Below, one piece after another: positions 1-10,700 of a stretch of DNA of 64,000 nucleotides (positions are counted from its first letter, which is position 1; every line of letters begins with the position of its first letter). The DNA comes from Rebecca billardiae RCC1528 (lineage: Eukaryota > Protista > Haptophyta). Both the position numbers and the translations under genes were made by a program. The DNA is taken from positions 248,001 to 312,000 of the forward strand of contig OZ251240.1 of assembly GCA_965240325.2 (NCBI GenBank). The letters are read 5' to 3'. The notes beneath the pieces were generated by a model. That model made no database searches. It was given only the letters and a program-made list of their open reading frames with translations, and was not told where the DNA came from.

Positions 1-890
1 CGGAGATCCACGAGCGCTTCCGTCGGCTCGCGTACTTGCAGCGCCAGATCGACGTCCACCGCCACCTCCTCGACGGGCAGGAGCGGCTGCTCCGCGCGCA
101 GGCCGTGGCGCCCGCGGACGACGGCGCGGCGATCGATTCGCGCGAGCTGCGCAGGCTGTCGCGCGACGTGCGCGCGCTCTCGGCGTCGATGGACGGCAAC
201 ACGGCGCGGCTCGAGGCGCTGCGCTCGCAGACACGCGCCGTCGGCGACCTCGCCAACGAGGTCTCCGAGCTCGCCTCGAGCGCGACGCGCGCGCTCGTCA
301 CATCGGCCGCGCTCCACTCAGGGCCGGATTCGTGGCGGCTGGCGCGCGAGCAGCCGGCCGGTCCGGGCAGCGCGGCGCAGGCGCAGGGCGGCAGGGGTGC
401 GCTCGGCGCGGAGGACGCGTCGGCCGCCGCCTCGCTCCCGCCGCTGCCCGCCGCGTCGGCGCAGCTGCAGGAGGCGCGGCTGCGGATGGCTGCGCGCGGC
501 CTGCGCGCCACCTCGCCCGCGGCCGGCGGCGACAGCGGCCGGCATCACATGTTCAGACGACTGCGCCGCGAGCCGGGCGGCCCGCGCGCCGCCGCGGCCA
601 TCGCGGCCGTCGCCGCCGCCGCGCTCGCGCCCGACCTCGCCGCGGCCGACGAGCCCGGCGCGGCCGGCGGCGGCATCCCGCGCGCGCGCATGCGCTCTGC
701 GCTCGTGCCGCGCGCGCTCGAGCGGCACGCAGACGACGTGTGCGCCGTGTGCCTGCACGGGATGCGCGCGGGGCAGGAGGTGGTCTCGCTCCCGGCGTGC
801 GCGCACGACTTTCACGTGGCGTGCATCCGCGAGGCGTGCGCGCACCGCGCGGCGTGCCCGCTCTGCCGGACGGCGGTGCGGTGGTGGTGA
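1..890 (+). CDS. RING-H2 (C3H2C3) zinc-finger protein, putative E3 ubiquitin ligase; 5' end lies upstream of the window
   Basis: The frame is open from base 3 (EIHERFRRLAYLQRQ...) to TGA at 888-890. The C-terminus DDVCAVCLHGMRAGQEVVSLPACAHDFHVACIREACAHRAACPLCR has RING-H2 Cys/His spacing. The N-terminal part looks coiled-coil-like. Confidence 0.8.
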   Translation, partial: EIHERFRRLAYLQRQIDVHRHLLDGQERLLRAQAVAPADDGAAIDSRELRRLSRDVRALSASMDGNTARLEALRSQTRAVGDLANEVSELASSATRALVTSAALHSGPDSWRLAREQPAGPGSAAQAQGGRGALGAEDASAAASLPPLPAASAQLQEARLRMAARGLRATSPAAGGDSGRHHMFRRLRREPGGPRAAAAIAAVAAAALAPDLAAADEPGAAGGGIPRARMRSALVPRALERHADDVCAVCLHGMRAGQEVVSLPACAHDFHVACIREACAHRAACPLCRTAVRWW

Positions 891-1456
891 CGCCGCAGAC
901 GGACGCTCCGCCAGAACGGACTCGGACGCGGCCGAGGCCCGTGCCGCCGAGGAGCGGCGGCGCCCCGATGCTTCAACTTGGCGAGCCTGACGAGGCTGCA
1001 GCGCCGCCAGCCGGGTGCAGCCTGCCACGTGCGGCCGGGCGCAGCGAATCCGGGGCGGGTGGTTGTCCCACTTGTCCGTGACCTGGGCTGACTGACTTGG
1101 TCATTGGACTCTTGCCACTTGCTGGTGAAACCCTCGTCAGATCCGACTACCCGGGAATCGGCGCTCGACAATGTTACTAGTAGGCCATTGATCATAGCCA
1201 CATTTAAATGGGAGCCGTTCAATTGACTAACGCCAGTCTGCGTCGGATAGCCCAGATTGGATTCTGATGGACCAGCGGACACGCTCATTGGCTGTTTTGG
1301 CGGCGTGGGTAATCCGCCTACAATTGGCGGGCCTTGGCCCATGACGACGATTCGCGCGGGGCGCCTATCCCCGTTGATTGTCCTTTGCCTGCCCTGCTGC
1401 CCCCTTTTCGTCGTCGCCACCCGCGCTTCCGACCAGCAGGCTCGAGCGCCGTCGCG

Positions 1457-2520
1457 ATGTGCCGGCTGATGGTGTACCGCGGGCCGCCCATCCTGATGGA
1501 GGAGCTGATCACCAAGCCGACGCGCTCGATCACCTCGCAGGCGCTGAAATGTGCGCCGCGCGCGCGCGGCGGCGCGCGCGGCGGCGCCTGCGGCGCCTGC
1601 TGACGCGACGCGCGCGCGCGGCGCGCGGCCCCGGCAGGCCAGGAGCGCACGCAGGGCTCGGTCAACGGCGATGGCTTCGGCATCGGCTGGTACGACGCGC
1701 CCTCGCCCGGCGCGCACGAGGCCGACGGGTGCGGCGCGGGCTCGGACGAGCCCGGGCTGTTCACGTCGGTGCAGCCGGCGTGGAACAACCTCAACCTGGG
1801 CCGGCTGGCGCGGAAGGTGCGCTCGCCGCTGATCTTCGCGCACGTGCGCGCGGCGTACCCCGGCATGCCCGTCGCCGAGGTCAACTGCCACCCGTTCACC
1901 TTCGGCCGGTACATGTGGATGCACAACGGCGGCGTCGCCTTCTTCAAAGGCGTGCGGCGCGCGCTCGAGGCCTCGCTGCGCGACGAGCTGTACGACTCGA
2001 TCTGCGGCAAGTCGGACTCGGAGGCGGCGTTCATGCTCTTCCTCAACCAGCTCGCCGACACGCGCGCGCGCCTGCCGCCCGCCGAGCTGCGCCGCGCCAT
2101 GGTCGCCACCATCCACGCGCTGCAGACGCTCGTGGCGAGCGCTGCGGCCGCGGCGGCGCCGCGCGTGGACGACCCGTCGCTGCTCAACTTCGTGCTGTCG
2201 GACGGGCACACGATCGTGGCGACGCGGTTCGTGGACCACGCGAGCGCGCCCGCCGCCACGCTGTACTACGCCTCGGGCTCCGCCTTCGCCGCGCAGCAGG
2301 TCGGCGGCGAGTCCGAGTACTCGATGGTGCACGGCGGCGTGCAGCAGGAGGCGGTGATCGTCACCTCAGAGCCGCTCTCTGGATCCTCGCACGACTGGCT
2401 GCCGGTGCCGAGGAACCACATGGTGACGATCGTGCCCGAGGCGGCGGGGGCCGGCCCGCGCGGCGGGGGCGCGCACCCCGCCGCGACCGGCTGCGCGCTG
2501 CGCGTGCTCATGGACCCGAT
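1457..2520 (+). other. DUG3: Domain: Dug3/EgtC-family class II GATase (Ntn hydrolase)
   Basis: The motifs MCR, NGDGFGIGWY, PAWNNLNL, FAHVRAA, NCHPF, MWMHNGG, GKSDSE, SLLNFVLSDG, VATRF and SEPL occur in the order known for the Dug3/EgtC/YafJ family. Confidence 0.9.
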
Positions 2521-2559
2521 CCCGCACGCGCACGAGGCGGAGGCGGCGGCGGCGGCCGA

Positions 2560-2592
<33 letters not shown>

Positions 2593-5500
2593 CGGCGAGG
2601 GCGCGGCGGCGCAGGCGGCCGCCGAGGGCGCGGCAGCGGAGGGCGCGGCGGAGGGCGCGGCGGCGGAGGGCGGCGCGGGCGCGCTCCACTCGCCGTGCAA
2701 CCGCCCCGCCGGCCCCGTCTTCAGGCGCGAGGGCTCGTCCTACAAGCCGCACCGCGACCACCGCGACACGGCCGCGCCGGGCGGCGGCGTCGCCGACGGC
2801 GGCGCGACGCCGCTGGGCGCGCGCCGGCCCGGCCTCGGCGCGTGCGCGGGGTGGGGCTCGGATCGCTCGCTGCACGGCGGGCTGGGCAGCGGGTGCAGCT
2901 CGCGCGAAGGCTCGCCGCCCACCCGCGCGCGCTTCGACCTCGCCGACGGCCACGGCCCCGCCTCCGCCGACTCGACGCCGCGGCCGCCGCGCAGCTCGAC
3001 CGAGGCGGGCGGCGGCGGCAGGCGCGCGCACCCGCCCCTCTCTCAGCCGACGATGGCGGTGCGCGCGCACGGCGAGCAGGCGGTGCTCGCGCTGGCGGTG
3101 CACGCGCCGCGCGAGGGGCCGACGCTGCTACTCACCGGCGCCACCTGCGGCGCGCTCCGCGTCTGGACCCTCCCCTTCTACGAGCTGCACCTCGAGCTCA
3201 GCGGCCACACCCGCGCCGTGCTCTCACTGGCTGGCTTCCGGCCGGACCAAGGCGACGCGGCCGCGGGCCGGCTGGCGGGCGTGGACCTGTGCCTGAGCGC
3301 GTCGGCGGACAACTCGGTGCGCGTGTGGGACCTGCGTGACGGCGCGCCGCTGCTCGTGCTCGCGCACCGCGGCATGGTCCACGCCCTCGCCATCGTGCGC
3401 GTCGCGCTGCCGTGCGCCGGCCGGCGCGCGCGCGCCAGGCGCGCGCCCGCGGACGGCGCCGCGGCCGTCGGCGACGGCAGCGCCGCCGCCGGCTCGGCGG
3501 AGGAGGAGGCGGAGGCGGTGCTGTGCTGCGGCTGCCAGGACCTCTCGATCAAGTGCCTCCTGCTGCCCGAGGTGGTCGCCGCCGCCGCCGCCGCCGCGCC
3601 GCAGCAGCTCCCGCCCTCCGCCTCGCCCGAGACTGCGGCCGCGCTCGCCACCGGCGCGGTCGCCGCCACTGGACTGCGCGCCGCGCGGCCGGGCGCGCCC
3701 GCGATCGCAGTCGACGGCGGCAGCTCGGGCGCGGGGCTCGGCGCGTGCAGCAGCTCGCCCTCGTCGGCGGCGGTGCGCCCGGCGCGCCTCGGCCCGCCGC
3801 GCATCGAGCCCTCCCAGTCGTACGGCGGCGGCTCCAGCGGCAGCCTGCCCAGCCCGCCCCCCGGCGTGCAGCAGCACGGCGGCGGCGCGGGGCGGGAAGC
3901 GGCCGCGGGCGGCTCGGAGCAGCGCCGGGCGCGCGCGGGCGCGGACGCGCGCGGCACGGCCGACGGCGGCGCGCGCGCGGAGCCGGGGTGCGAGGTGCGC
4001 GCGGGGGGCACGCGCTCTGCGCCGCACGCGTTCAAGATGGCCTCGCTCGTCGCGTGCACGCTGCAAGGACACTCTGGGTGCGCGTCCTGCGCGCCCGTCC
4101 GTTGCCCGCCCTGCGCGGCGCTGCGCTGCGCTGCGGCGCTGCGCTGCGCTGCGCTGCGCCGCTGCGCTGCGCTGCGCCGCTGGTTGCGACGGCGTGCCGC
4201 GCCGCGCCGCGCCGCGCGCTCGCGCCGCCGCGACGGGCGGCCAAGCTGAGCCGCGCGCGCACCCGCCGCGCCGCGCGCACCCCGCTCGCAGCTACGTCTT
4301 CCACCTGGCCGCGTGCACCGAGCGCTGGCTCTGCTCCGCCGGCGGCGACGGCGCGCTGCTGCTGTGGCGGCGCGCGGACGCTGGGCCGGCGCGCGGCGCG
4401 ACCACAGACGCTGCAGACGCGGACGGCGGCGGCGCGTGGCGCGTGCCCGCCGACGCGGCGGCGGGCTCGGCGCGGCGGCGCGGCGGGTGCTGCGCGTTCG
4501 CGCTGGAGCACACGCTCGCCGCGCACGCCGGCGCCGCGCTCTGCCTCGCGTACCACGCGCCCACCGCCGCCCTCCTCTCCGGAGGCGCTGACTGCTTTGT
4601 GCGCGTGTGGGACGCGTCGAGCGCGGCGCGGGGCGCGGGGCAGAGGCCGACGGCCGTGCGCTCGCTCGCGGGGCACGCGGCGGCGGTGACGAGCATCGGC
4701 GCGACGGGGAGCCTGATCGTCAGCGCGGACGCGGCGGGGGGCTGCCGCGTGTGGCACGCCGAGTCCCTCCTCTGCCTGCAGACCGTCTGCCCCGCAGAGC
4801 TCACGCCGCTCGGCTCGAGAGACGCGCCGCTCACGGCGGCCGGCGGCGCGGCGCGCGCGCGCGCCGGCGCCGAGCGGCCGCTCGCGCTGAGCTCGCGCAC
4901 GCTGCACACGCTGGTGTGCTTCGCGCCGCGCGAGGGCGCCGCGGCCGACGTCGACCCGACGCACGCGCACGCGCTCTGCGTCTTCGGCCTCGCCGACGGC
5001 CTCCTCCTCGCGCACGACCTGCTGCCGCACGGCCGAGCGCGGCCGCAGCCGGGCGCGCAGCCGCCGCCGCCGCCCTCGGCCGGCGCGCTCGGCGGCGCGG
5101 AGGGCGCGTCGGCGCAGGGCGCGCAGCCGGGGTCGGAGGGCGGCGGCGCGGGCGCCGACGCGGCGGACACGTCGCTCGCCGCGATGCTCGAGCAGCTGCG
5201 CGAGCTCGTCGCGCTCCGCTCCGTCTCCTCTGCGCCGGAGCTCGCCTCCGCCGTCGTGTGCTGCGCCAAGCGGCTGCGGCGCGAGCTGGAGGACCTCGGC
5301 GCAGAGACGAGGCTGGTGTGCTCGCTGGGCGGGGCGGCGGAGGAGGGCGGCGCGGCGGAGGGGCGGCGCGACGGCGCGGCGGGGCCGCAGCACCCCGCCG
5401 GCGCCGGCTGCGCCTCCGGCTTCCCCATCGTCCTCGGCCGCATCCGCGTGGACCCGGCGCTGCCGACAGTGGTGCTGTACGCGCACTACGACGTGGTGGG

Positions 5501-7007
5501 CGCGGGCGGGGACCGCTGGCTCACCGACCCGTTCGGCCTGGCGTGCGTCGACGGGTACGTGTACGGCAGGGGCGTGACGGACAACAAGGGGCCGCTCGTC
5601 GCGATGCTCGCGGCCGTGCGCGAGCTGCTCACCGGCTCGTGCCCCGACGCCGCCGCCAACGGCCACGCCGCCGCCTTCGCCAACGGCCACGGCGGCGCCT
5701 TCGCCGACGGCGGCGGCGGCGGCGGCGGCGGCGCGGACGCGTCGGAGCTCGGGCTGCGCTTCAACCTCGCGTTCTGCCTCGACGGGGAGGAGGAGGTGGG
5801 GAGCAAGGGGTTCGAGGCGGCGCTGGCGCGCGAGCGCGACTGGCTCACCGCGGGCACCACCGTCGCGTGCTCCCTCGTGTGCAACACCTACTGGCTCTCA
5901 GACGAGCGCCCCTCTCTGGTGTACGGCCTGCGCGGGGTCGCCCACCTGGACGTGCGGGTGCGGGGCGGCGCGCGCACGCTGCACTCGGGCGTGCACGGCG
6001 GCGCGGTGCACGAGCCGGCGGCGGAGCTGTGCTCGCTGCTCGGCACGCTGCACGACCACGCCACCGGCGCCGTCGCCGTCCCCGGCTTCGACGCCTCCGT
6101 CCGCCCGCTCTCCGCCGACGAGCTGAGCCTGTACGCGCGCGTGCGGCTGAGTGCAGACGAGTATGGCGCGCGCATCTGCGCGCCCGTGCGCGCGCACGCG
6201 CAGCTGCCGCCGCCGAGGGCGGTGCGCGCGTGCGGCTGCGGGCACGCGGAGGGCGGCGAGGCGATCGAGGTGGGCGAGTTTGGCCTGCTCGCCGACGACG
6301 ACGCCGACGACGACGCCGACGACGCCGACGCCGACGCCGCCCCCGCCTCACCAGAGGCGGCGGCGGAGGCGCGCGCGGCGCGTCTGCACGCGCGCCGGCT
6401 GCTGATGGCGCGCTGGCGGCAGCCGTGCCTCTCGATCAACCAGCTCGCGGCGAACGCGAACTCGAGCAACTACTCGGTGATCCCGCGCGCGGCGTACGCG
6501 CACGTCTCCGTCCGCTTCGTCCCCGAGCAGAGCGCCGCGGAGATGGTGGCGCGCGTGAGCGACCACCTGCGCGCCGCGTTCGCCTCGCTCGGCACGCCCA
6601 ACAGCCTCGAGGTGCGCCCGCTGGGCGGCGGCGACTGGTGGCTCGGCGACCCGCGCTCGCGCGAGTACCGCGCGGCGGCGCGCGCGCTCACGCACGTGTG
6701 GGGCGTCGAGCCCGTGTACATCCGCGAGGGCGGCACCATCCCCGTCTCCGCCGCGCTCGAGCGCCTCTTTGGCGGCGCGCCGACCGTGCACCTCTCGCTC
6801 TCGCAGCCGTCGGACAACGCGCACCTCGAGAACGAGCGCATGAGCCTCAAGGCGCTGTACCGCGCGAAGCAGACGGTGAAGCGCTTCCTGCAGGAGCTCG
6901 CGCTCGAGCTCGGGCTCGCGCACGGCGACGGCGCGCGCGCGCGCGGCGCAGCAACCGACGCCGACGGCAACGCCCGCGCCGGCGCCGCGCGCGCCGCACC
7001 GCGCTGA
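1457..7007 (+). CDS. DUG3/DUG2: Dug3-Dug2 fusion protein: class II glutamine amidotransferase + WD40 repeats + M20A peptidase-like domain; join(1457..1550,1638..4077,4292..7007), ~1749 aa
   Basis: ATG 1457 gives MCRLMVYRG (N-terminal Cys nucleophile). Splicing GT-AG introns 1551-1637 and 4078-4291 yields one continuous frame that restores ...ALKCQERTQGSVNGDGFGIGWY... and the WD repeat LQGHSGYVFHLAAC...SAGGDGALLLW. Stop TGA at 7005-7007. Confidence 0.88.
1551..1637 (+). other. Spliceosomal intron 1 of the Dug3-Dug2 gene (phase 1, 87 nt)
   Basis: GTGCGC donor, GCTGAC branch-like site at ~1599, CGGCAG acceptor. Removal joins the MCR start to the NGDGFG motif in frame. Confidence 0.88.
3050..5010 (+). 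other. Domain: WD40 repeats with long Ala/Gly-rich insertions
   Basis: LSGHTRAVLSL...SASADNSVRVWD; LQGHSGYVFHL...SAGGDGALLLW; LAAHAGAALCL...SGGADCFVRVWD; LAGHAAAVTSI...SADAAGGCRVWH. Confidence 0.85.
4078..4291 (+). other. Spliceosomal intron 2 of the Dug3-Dug2 gene (phase 2, 214 nt), containing a degenerate (GCGCT)n tract
   Basis: GTGCGC donor, GCTGAG branch-like site at ~4245, TCGCAG acceptor. Removal joins ORF 1769..4249 to ORF 3336..7007 within a WD repeat. Confidence 0.88.
5180..6910 (+). other. DUG2: Domain: M20A metallopeptidase-like (Dug2/Dug1/CNDP family), Dug2-type
   Basis: YAHYDVV, WLTDPF, YGRGVTDNKGPL, DGEEEVGS, CNTYW, YGLRG, LHSGVHGG, RWRQPCLSI, SVRFVP, IREGGTIP, SDNAHLENER. Confidence 0.88.
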
Positions 7008-7109
7008 CTCAGACGGCAATTGAGTCACCTGGTCGAACGGCGCGGACACGTTCTACGTACGTCTGCTGCTGCACTCAGCCTGACGCCTGCCCGTTGCATG
7101 CCACGTCGT

Positions 7110-7740
7110 GTATATTTATTATAATATTAATTATATATATTTAATCATAATACAATATATTATTATCATAATAACCAAGATAATAATATATAATAGTATA
7201 TATATATGAATAGAGAGAGAGTGAGTAGTAGCCTCATCATATATTAGCTATAGCAGACGGCGACGCAGCGGCCGGCTATACGATATACGCGACGACGAAT
7301 AACGCGATGACTGCGCGCTTATCGTGACTGCATGCGCGCGGCCCGCGCGACAGGGTCAGGGACGTCTGCGTCTCACTACAGTAGCAGCTGCTAGATCAGA
7401 GCAGGCCATCACTGCTGCTGATGAGATATATATATTCATCGCGTCGTCGCATAGTAGTCAGAAGCAGCAGTAGATAGACGAGAGAGCAGATCGAGATGAG
7501 AGAGAGCAGATGACCACTACGAGAAATTCGCGACGAGACGAGATCGAGAGACCGAGAGACGATCGGGCGAGAGATCGATGAGAGATGGAGACGAGATCGA
7601 GCAGACGAGATCGAAAGATCGTCGAATAAAGGGACAGTAGAGACGAGATGAGATCGAGATGAGAGAGAGAGAGAGAGAGAGTTCTTGTGCCATCGTCGCA
7701 CGGCGCGGCATACATCAGATCGCGCGCGGCGGTATTCTTG
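7110..7740. repeat. Low-complexity spacer between convergent 3' ends: AT-rich tract (~7110-7250) followed by purine-rich (GA/GAT/GAC) simple repeats (~7450-7690)
   Basis: Direct inspection shows TATA/ATTA runs, then GAGATCGAG-like iterations and (GA)n at ~7661-7681. Confidence 0.75.
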
Positions 7741-7760
7741 ATGCGATCGATAGATCGACG

Positions 7761-10700
7761 TCACGGCGGACTTAACACAGGCGGCGGGATAAACGTCGAC
7801 GCCGACATGCGAAACAGCGACGCCTGCCACTCGGCAATCAGCCGCGCGACGTCGGCGAGGCTCGCGCGCTCGTTCGGGTCGATGACGAGGATGCACTTGA
7901 CGAGGTCCTTCGCGTGGTCAGAGAGCGGTTGCTGAGGATGCACGGACTTGAACGCGCGATCGATCACCTCACTCACCTGCCTCTGCTGCGCACCGACAGG
8001 GAAGTCCGGCATGTCTGCGACCAGCGTCTCGAACGCGATGATGCCAAACGCCCACACATCGACGCGCGCGTCGTACGGCGCGGCCAGCAGTGTGGGAGAG
8101 TACTGCTCGGGCGCCATGTACCCCGCCGAGCCTGCAAACGTGCGCGCGGAGTTGCCCTCGTTCAGCGGGCGCGTAGCAATGCCGAGATCGCACACCTTGA
8201 CGATACGACGGCCAGCAGCGCCCTCCGCGTCCGGGGCGCCCTTCGGGTCCCGGAGGAGCTGGTGGAGCAGGATGTTCTCGGGCTTGAGGTCGCGGTGGAT
8301 GATCTTGAGCGAGTGCATCGCGCCGAGGCCGCTCGCCAGCTGCTGGAGGAGGTCGGCGGCCTCGATCTCGCTCAGGGGGCCGTGCTCCCTCATGTAGTCG
8401 CGGAGCGTGCCCTGGTTTGCGTACTCAATCTCGAGGTACACGCTCTCCTTGTCGCAAAACGCGCTGTATACTGCGCAGTGCGCGCGCACACATGGCGACG
8501 AGAGTATGACCATGAGGGCATGGATGGGCGCCGTCGCAGCCCGAACAGCACATGCGGTGCGCGCACGCAAAGGGCGCGCACATTTGGCGACGTTATCGTG
8601 GTTGCACATGCGCTGCGTGAGGATCTCGCGCAGGAGGTTCTCGATGTTCTTGTTGTTGCGCAGCCGCTTGAAGGCGATCTGCTTGAGCACCACCATCTGC
8701 GGAGGGTCGCTGCCGTTCACCGTGGCAGCGAAGACATGGTCACTCTGCGCGCCCTCTGCAAATCGTTCTTTCGTTTTGGTGAAGCTGCCCTCGACGGTGC
8801 GCGCAAAGGCCAGCTGGGGCGGCTCCATTTGCGCGGGAAAGCCCTTGACAAGTGCTTGCAGCAGCGTGCACGCCTTGTGATAGTCCCCAGTCGCCAGATG
8901 CGACTCCACCTCCGAAGACAGGCAGTCGACCCACCAGATGCGGTGATTGTCGGTCGGCCCATCGTTCTCTTGGCAGCGCGTGTAGTACTCCGTGTACTCC
9001 TCAAACACCTGTTGGAGGCACATCAACCGCGGCACATCATATCATCACGGATCACGCATCGTCACGGGGCGGGTGGGATGGGAGACGGCAGTAGCAGTAA
9101 GTCAAGCAAGCCGCGTGTGCGCGGCACACACAGGGAGCATGTATTCGGCCTGAGCGCACCTCTTCCATGTTGAGCGCAGGGTTGGCGTCGGCAGCCGCCA
9201 CAATCACCGAAGTAAGCCGGACGTCGCTGAGCCGCGAGCTCACTGTGCTCTCGATGGTCACGGACGGCCTGGGTGCTCGCCAAGCAGAGCCGGCTGCGCC
9301 ACTGCCATCGTGGGACACAGCGAGGCCGAAGTCACTGCTGTTGATTTTGCGAGACGTGCCGGGCGGAAGCGACGACACCGAGCTAGTCGACCCTGGCGGG
9401 CGATCGAAGCAGCCGTCCACGCTGCTGGGCTTGGGCGGACTCGAGCCGCCCGCTGGCTGAGGCTGGAAGAACGGCCACGAAAACAGCTCGCCCTGCTGTG
9501 CGGCGGGTGGCTCGGGCGGGTCGCTCGCGGTCCCCGGCGAGGGTGCGCCTTGCCCGCCGCTTCCCTGCGCGGCGACGGGGGGGGGGCATCGACGTGGTCG
9601 TGGAGAGCGGTGAGTCAGCGACACCGATGGCGCTGCCGGCGGGAGGAGGCGCTGCGGACGGGCGGCCTGCTCGCACAATGCTGTTGATGCGCGATGTAGA
9701 GCTTGTCGCAGCCGAGCTGCCGCCAGCCGGCATCCTCGAGGCGGCCGAGCTGGCGCCGAATCTCGCACCTCGCCCCGCGTCTGCTGATGGCGGGTTGCCG
9801 GTGGAGATGGGGTGAGGCGACGGCGTGGTATCATTGTCCTTCCGCGTCAGCGGCGAGCTCAGGAGGTTGGAGGTGACGCTGGCGGATAGCTCACCGACGC
9901 GCGTGTCTGGCGATGAAGCAGCCCGTGACTCGCTGCGCGCGCCGGCAGCATTCGCGCCATCAGCATCCGTGGGAACAGCCACTGCGTCGGCGGCGGGCTC
10001 CTGCTGCGACACCAGCTTCATCATCACCACCTGCGCGCAGCGTTTGCGCGCGTGTGTGTGGCGTGCGAGCGGCTGCGTGAGCGGCGCTGAGCGGGTGCGG
10101 CGCAGCGCGCGGAGACAGCGAGGTGCGACGCGCGCTGCGCACCGGCGGACTCGACGGCGTCAGCGCGTCCTGCTCCGCCTCCACCTCCATCGGCGCAGCG
10201 CTGCCCGACGCCATCACCACCTGAGCCATACGCATCGGCGGCTGCGCGGATGCAGCTTTGCCACCACCCATCAGCTGCGGCGCCGCCGTTGGCGGCGTCT
10301 CAAGCTGCTGGCTCGGCTGCGCGCTACTTGGCCCGCGGCCCGCGGACTGCTTGGTCTCACCCCCCATCGGCGCAGGGCTGCCCGCGCCAGGCGGCTCGAT
10401 CTGCGCGCGCGCGTGCGCGGCGCGCGAGCGGCTGCGTGAGCGGCGTTGAGCGGATGCGGCGCAGCGCGCGGAGACAGCGAGGTGCGACGTGCGCTGCGCA
10501 CCGGCGGACTCGACGGCGTCAGTGCGCCCAGCTCCGCCTCAACCACCACCGGCGCCTCGCTGCCCGCGCCAGCTGGCGGATGCTCCTGCGCGAAGCCATC
10601 GGCGCGCGCGCGCGCGCATCCGGCCGCAGCCGCTGTGTGAGTAGCGTGCACGGGCGCGGCGCAGTGTGAGGTCACAGCGAGGCGCGACGTGCGCTGCGCA

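Noticed and set aside
1457-2520. Stand-alone ergothioneine biosynthesis egtC gene or bacterial contamination
   Set aside because: The domain is in frame with WD40+M20 (the Dug2 architecture), has spliceosomal introns, and no other egt genes are adjacent.
812-7144. Overlapping Arg/Ala/Gly-rich ORFs in alternative frames and antisense to the Dug3-Dug2 gene
   Set aside because: These are shadow ORFs of high-GC3 coding sequence. Only the spliced frame carries conserved motifs.
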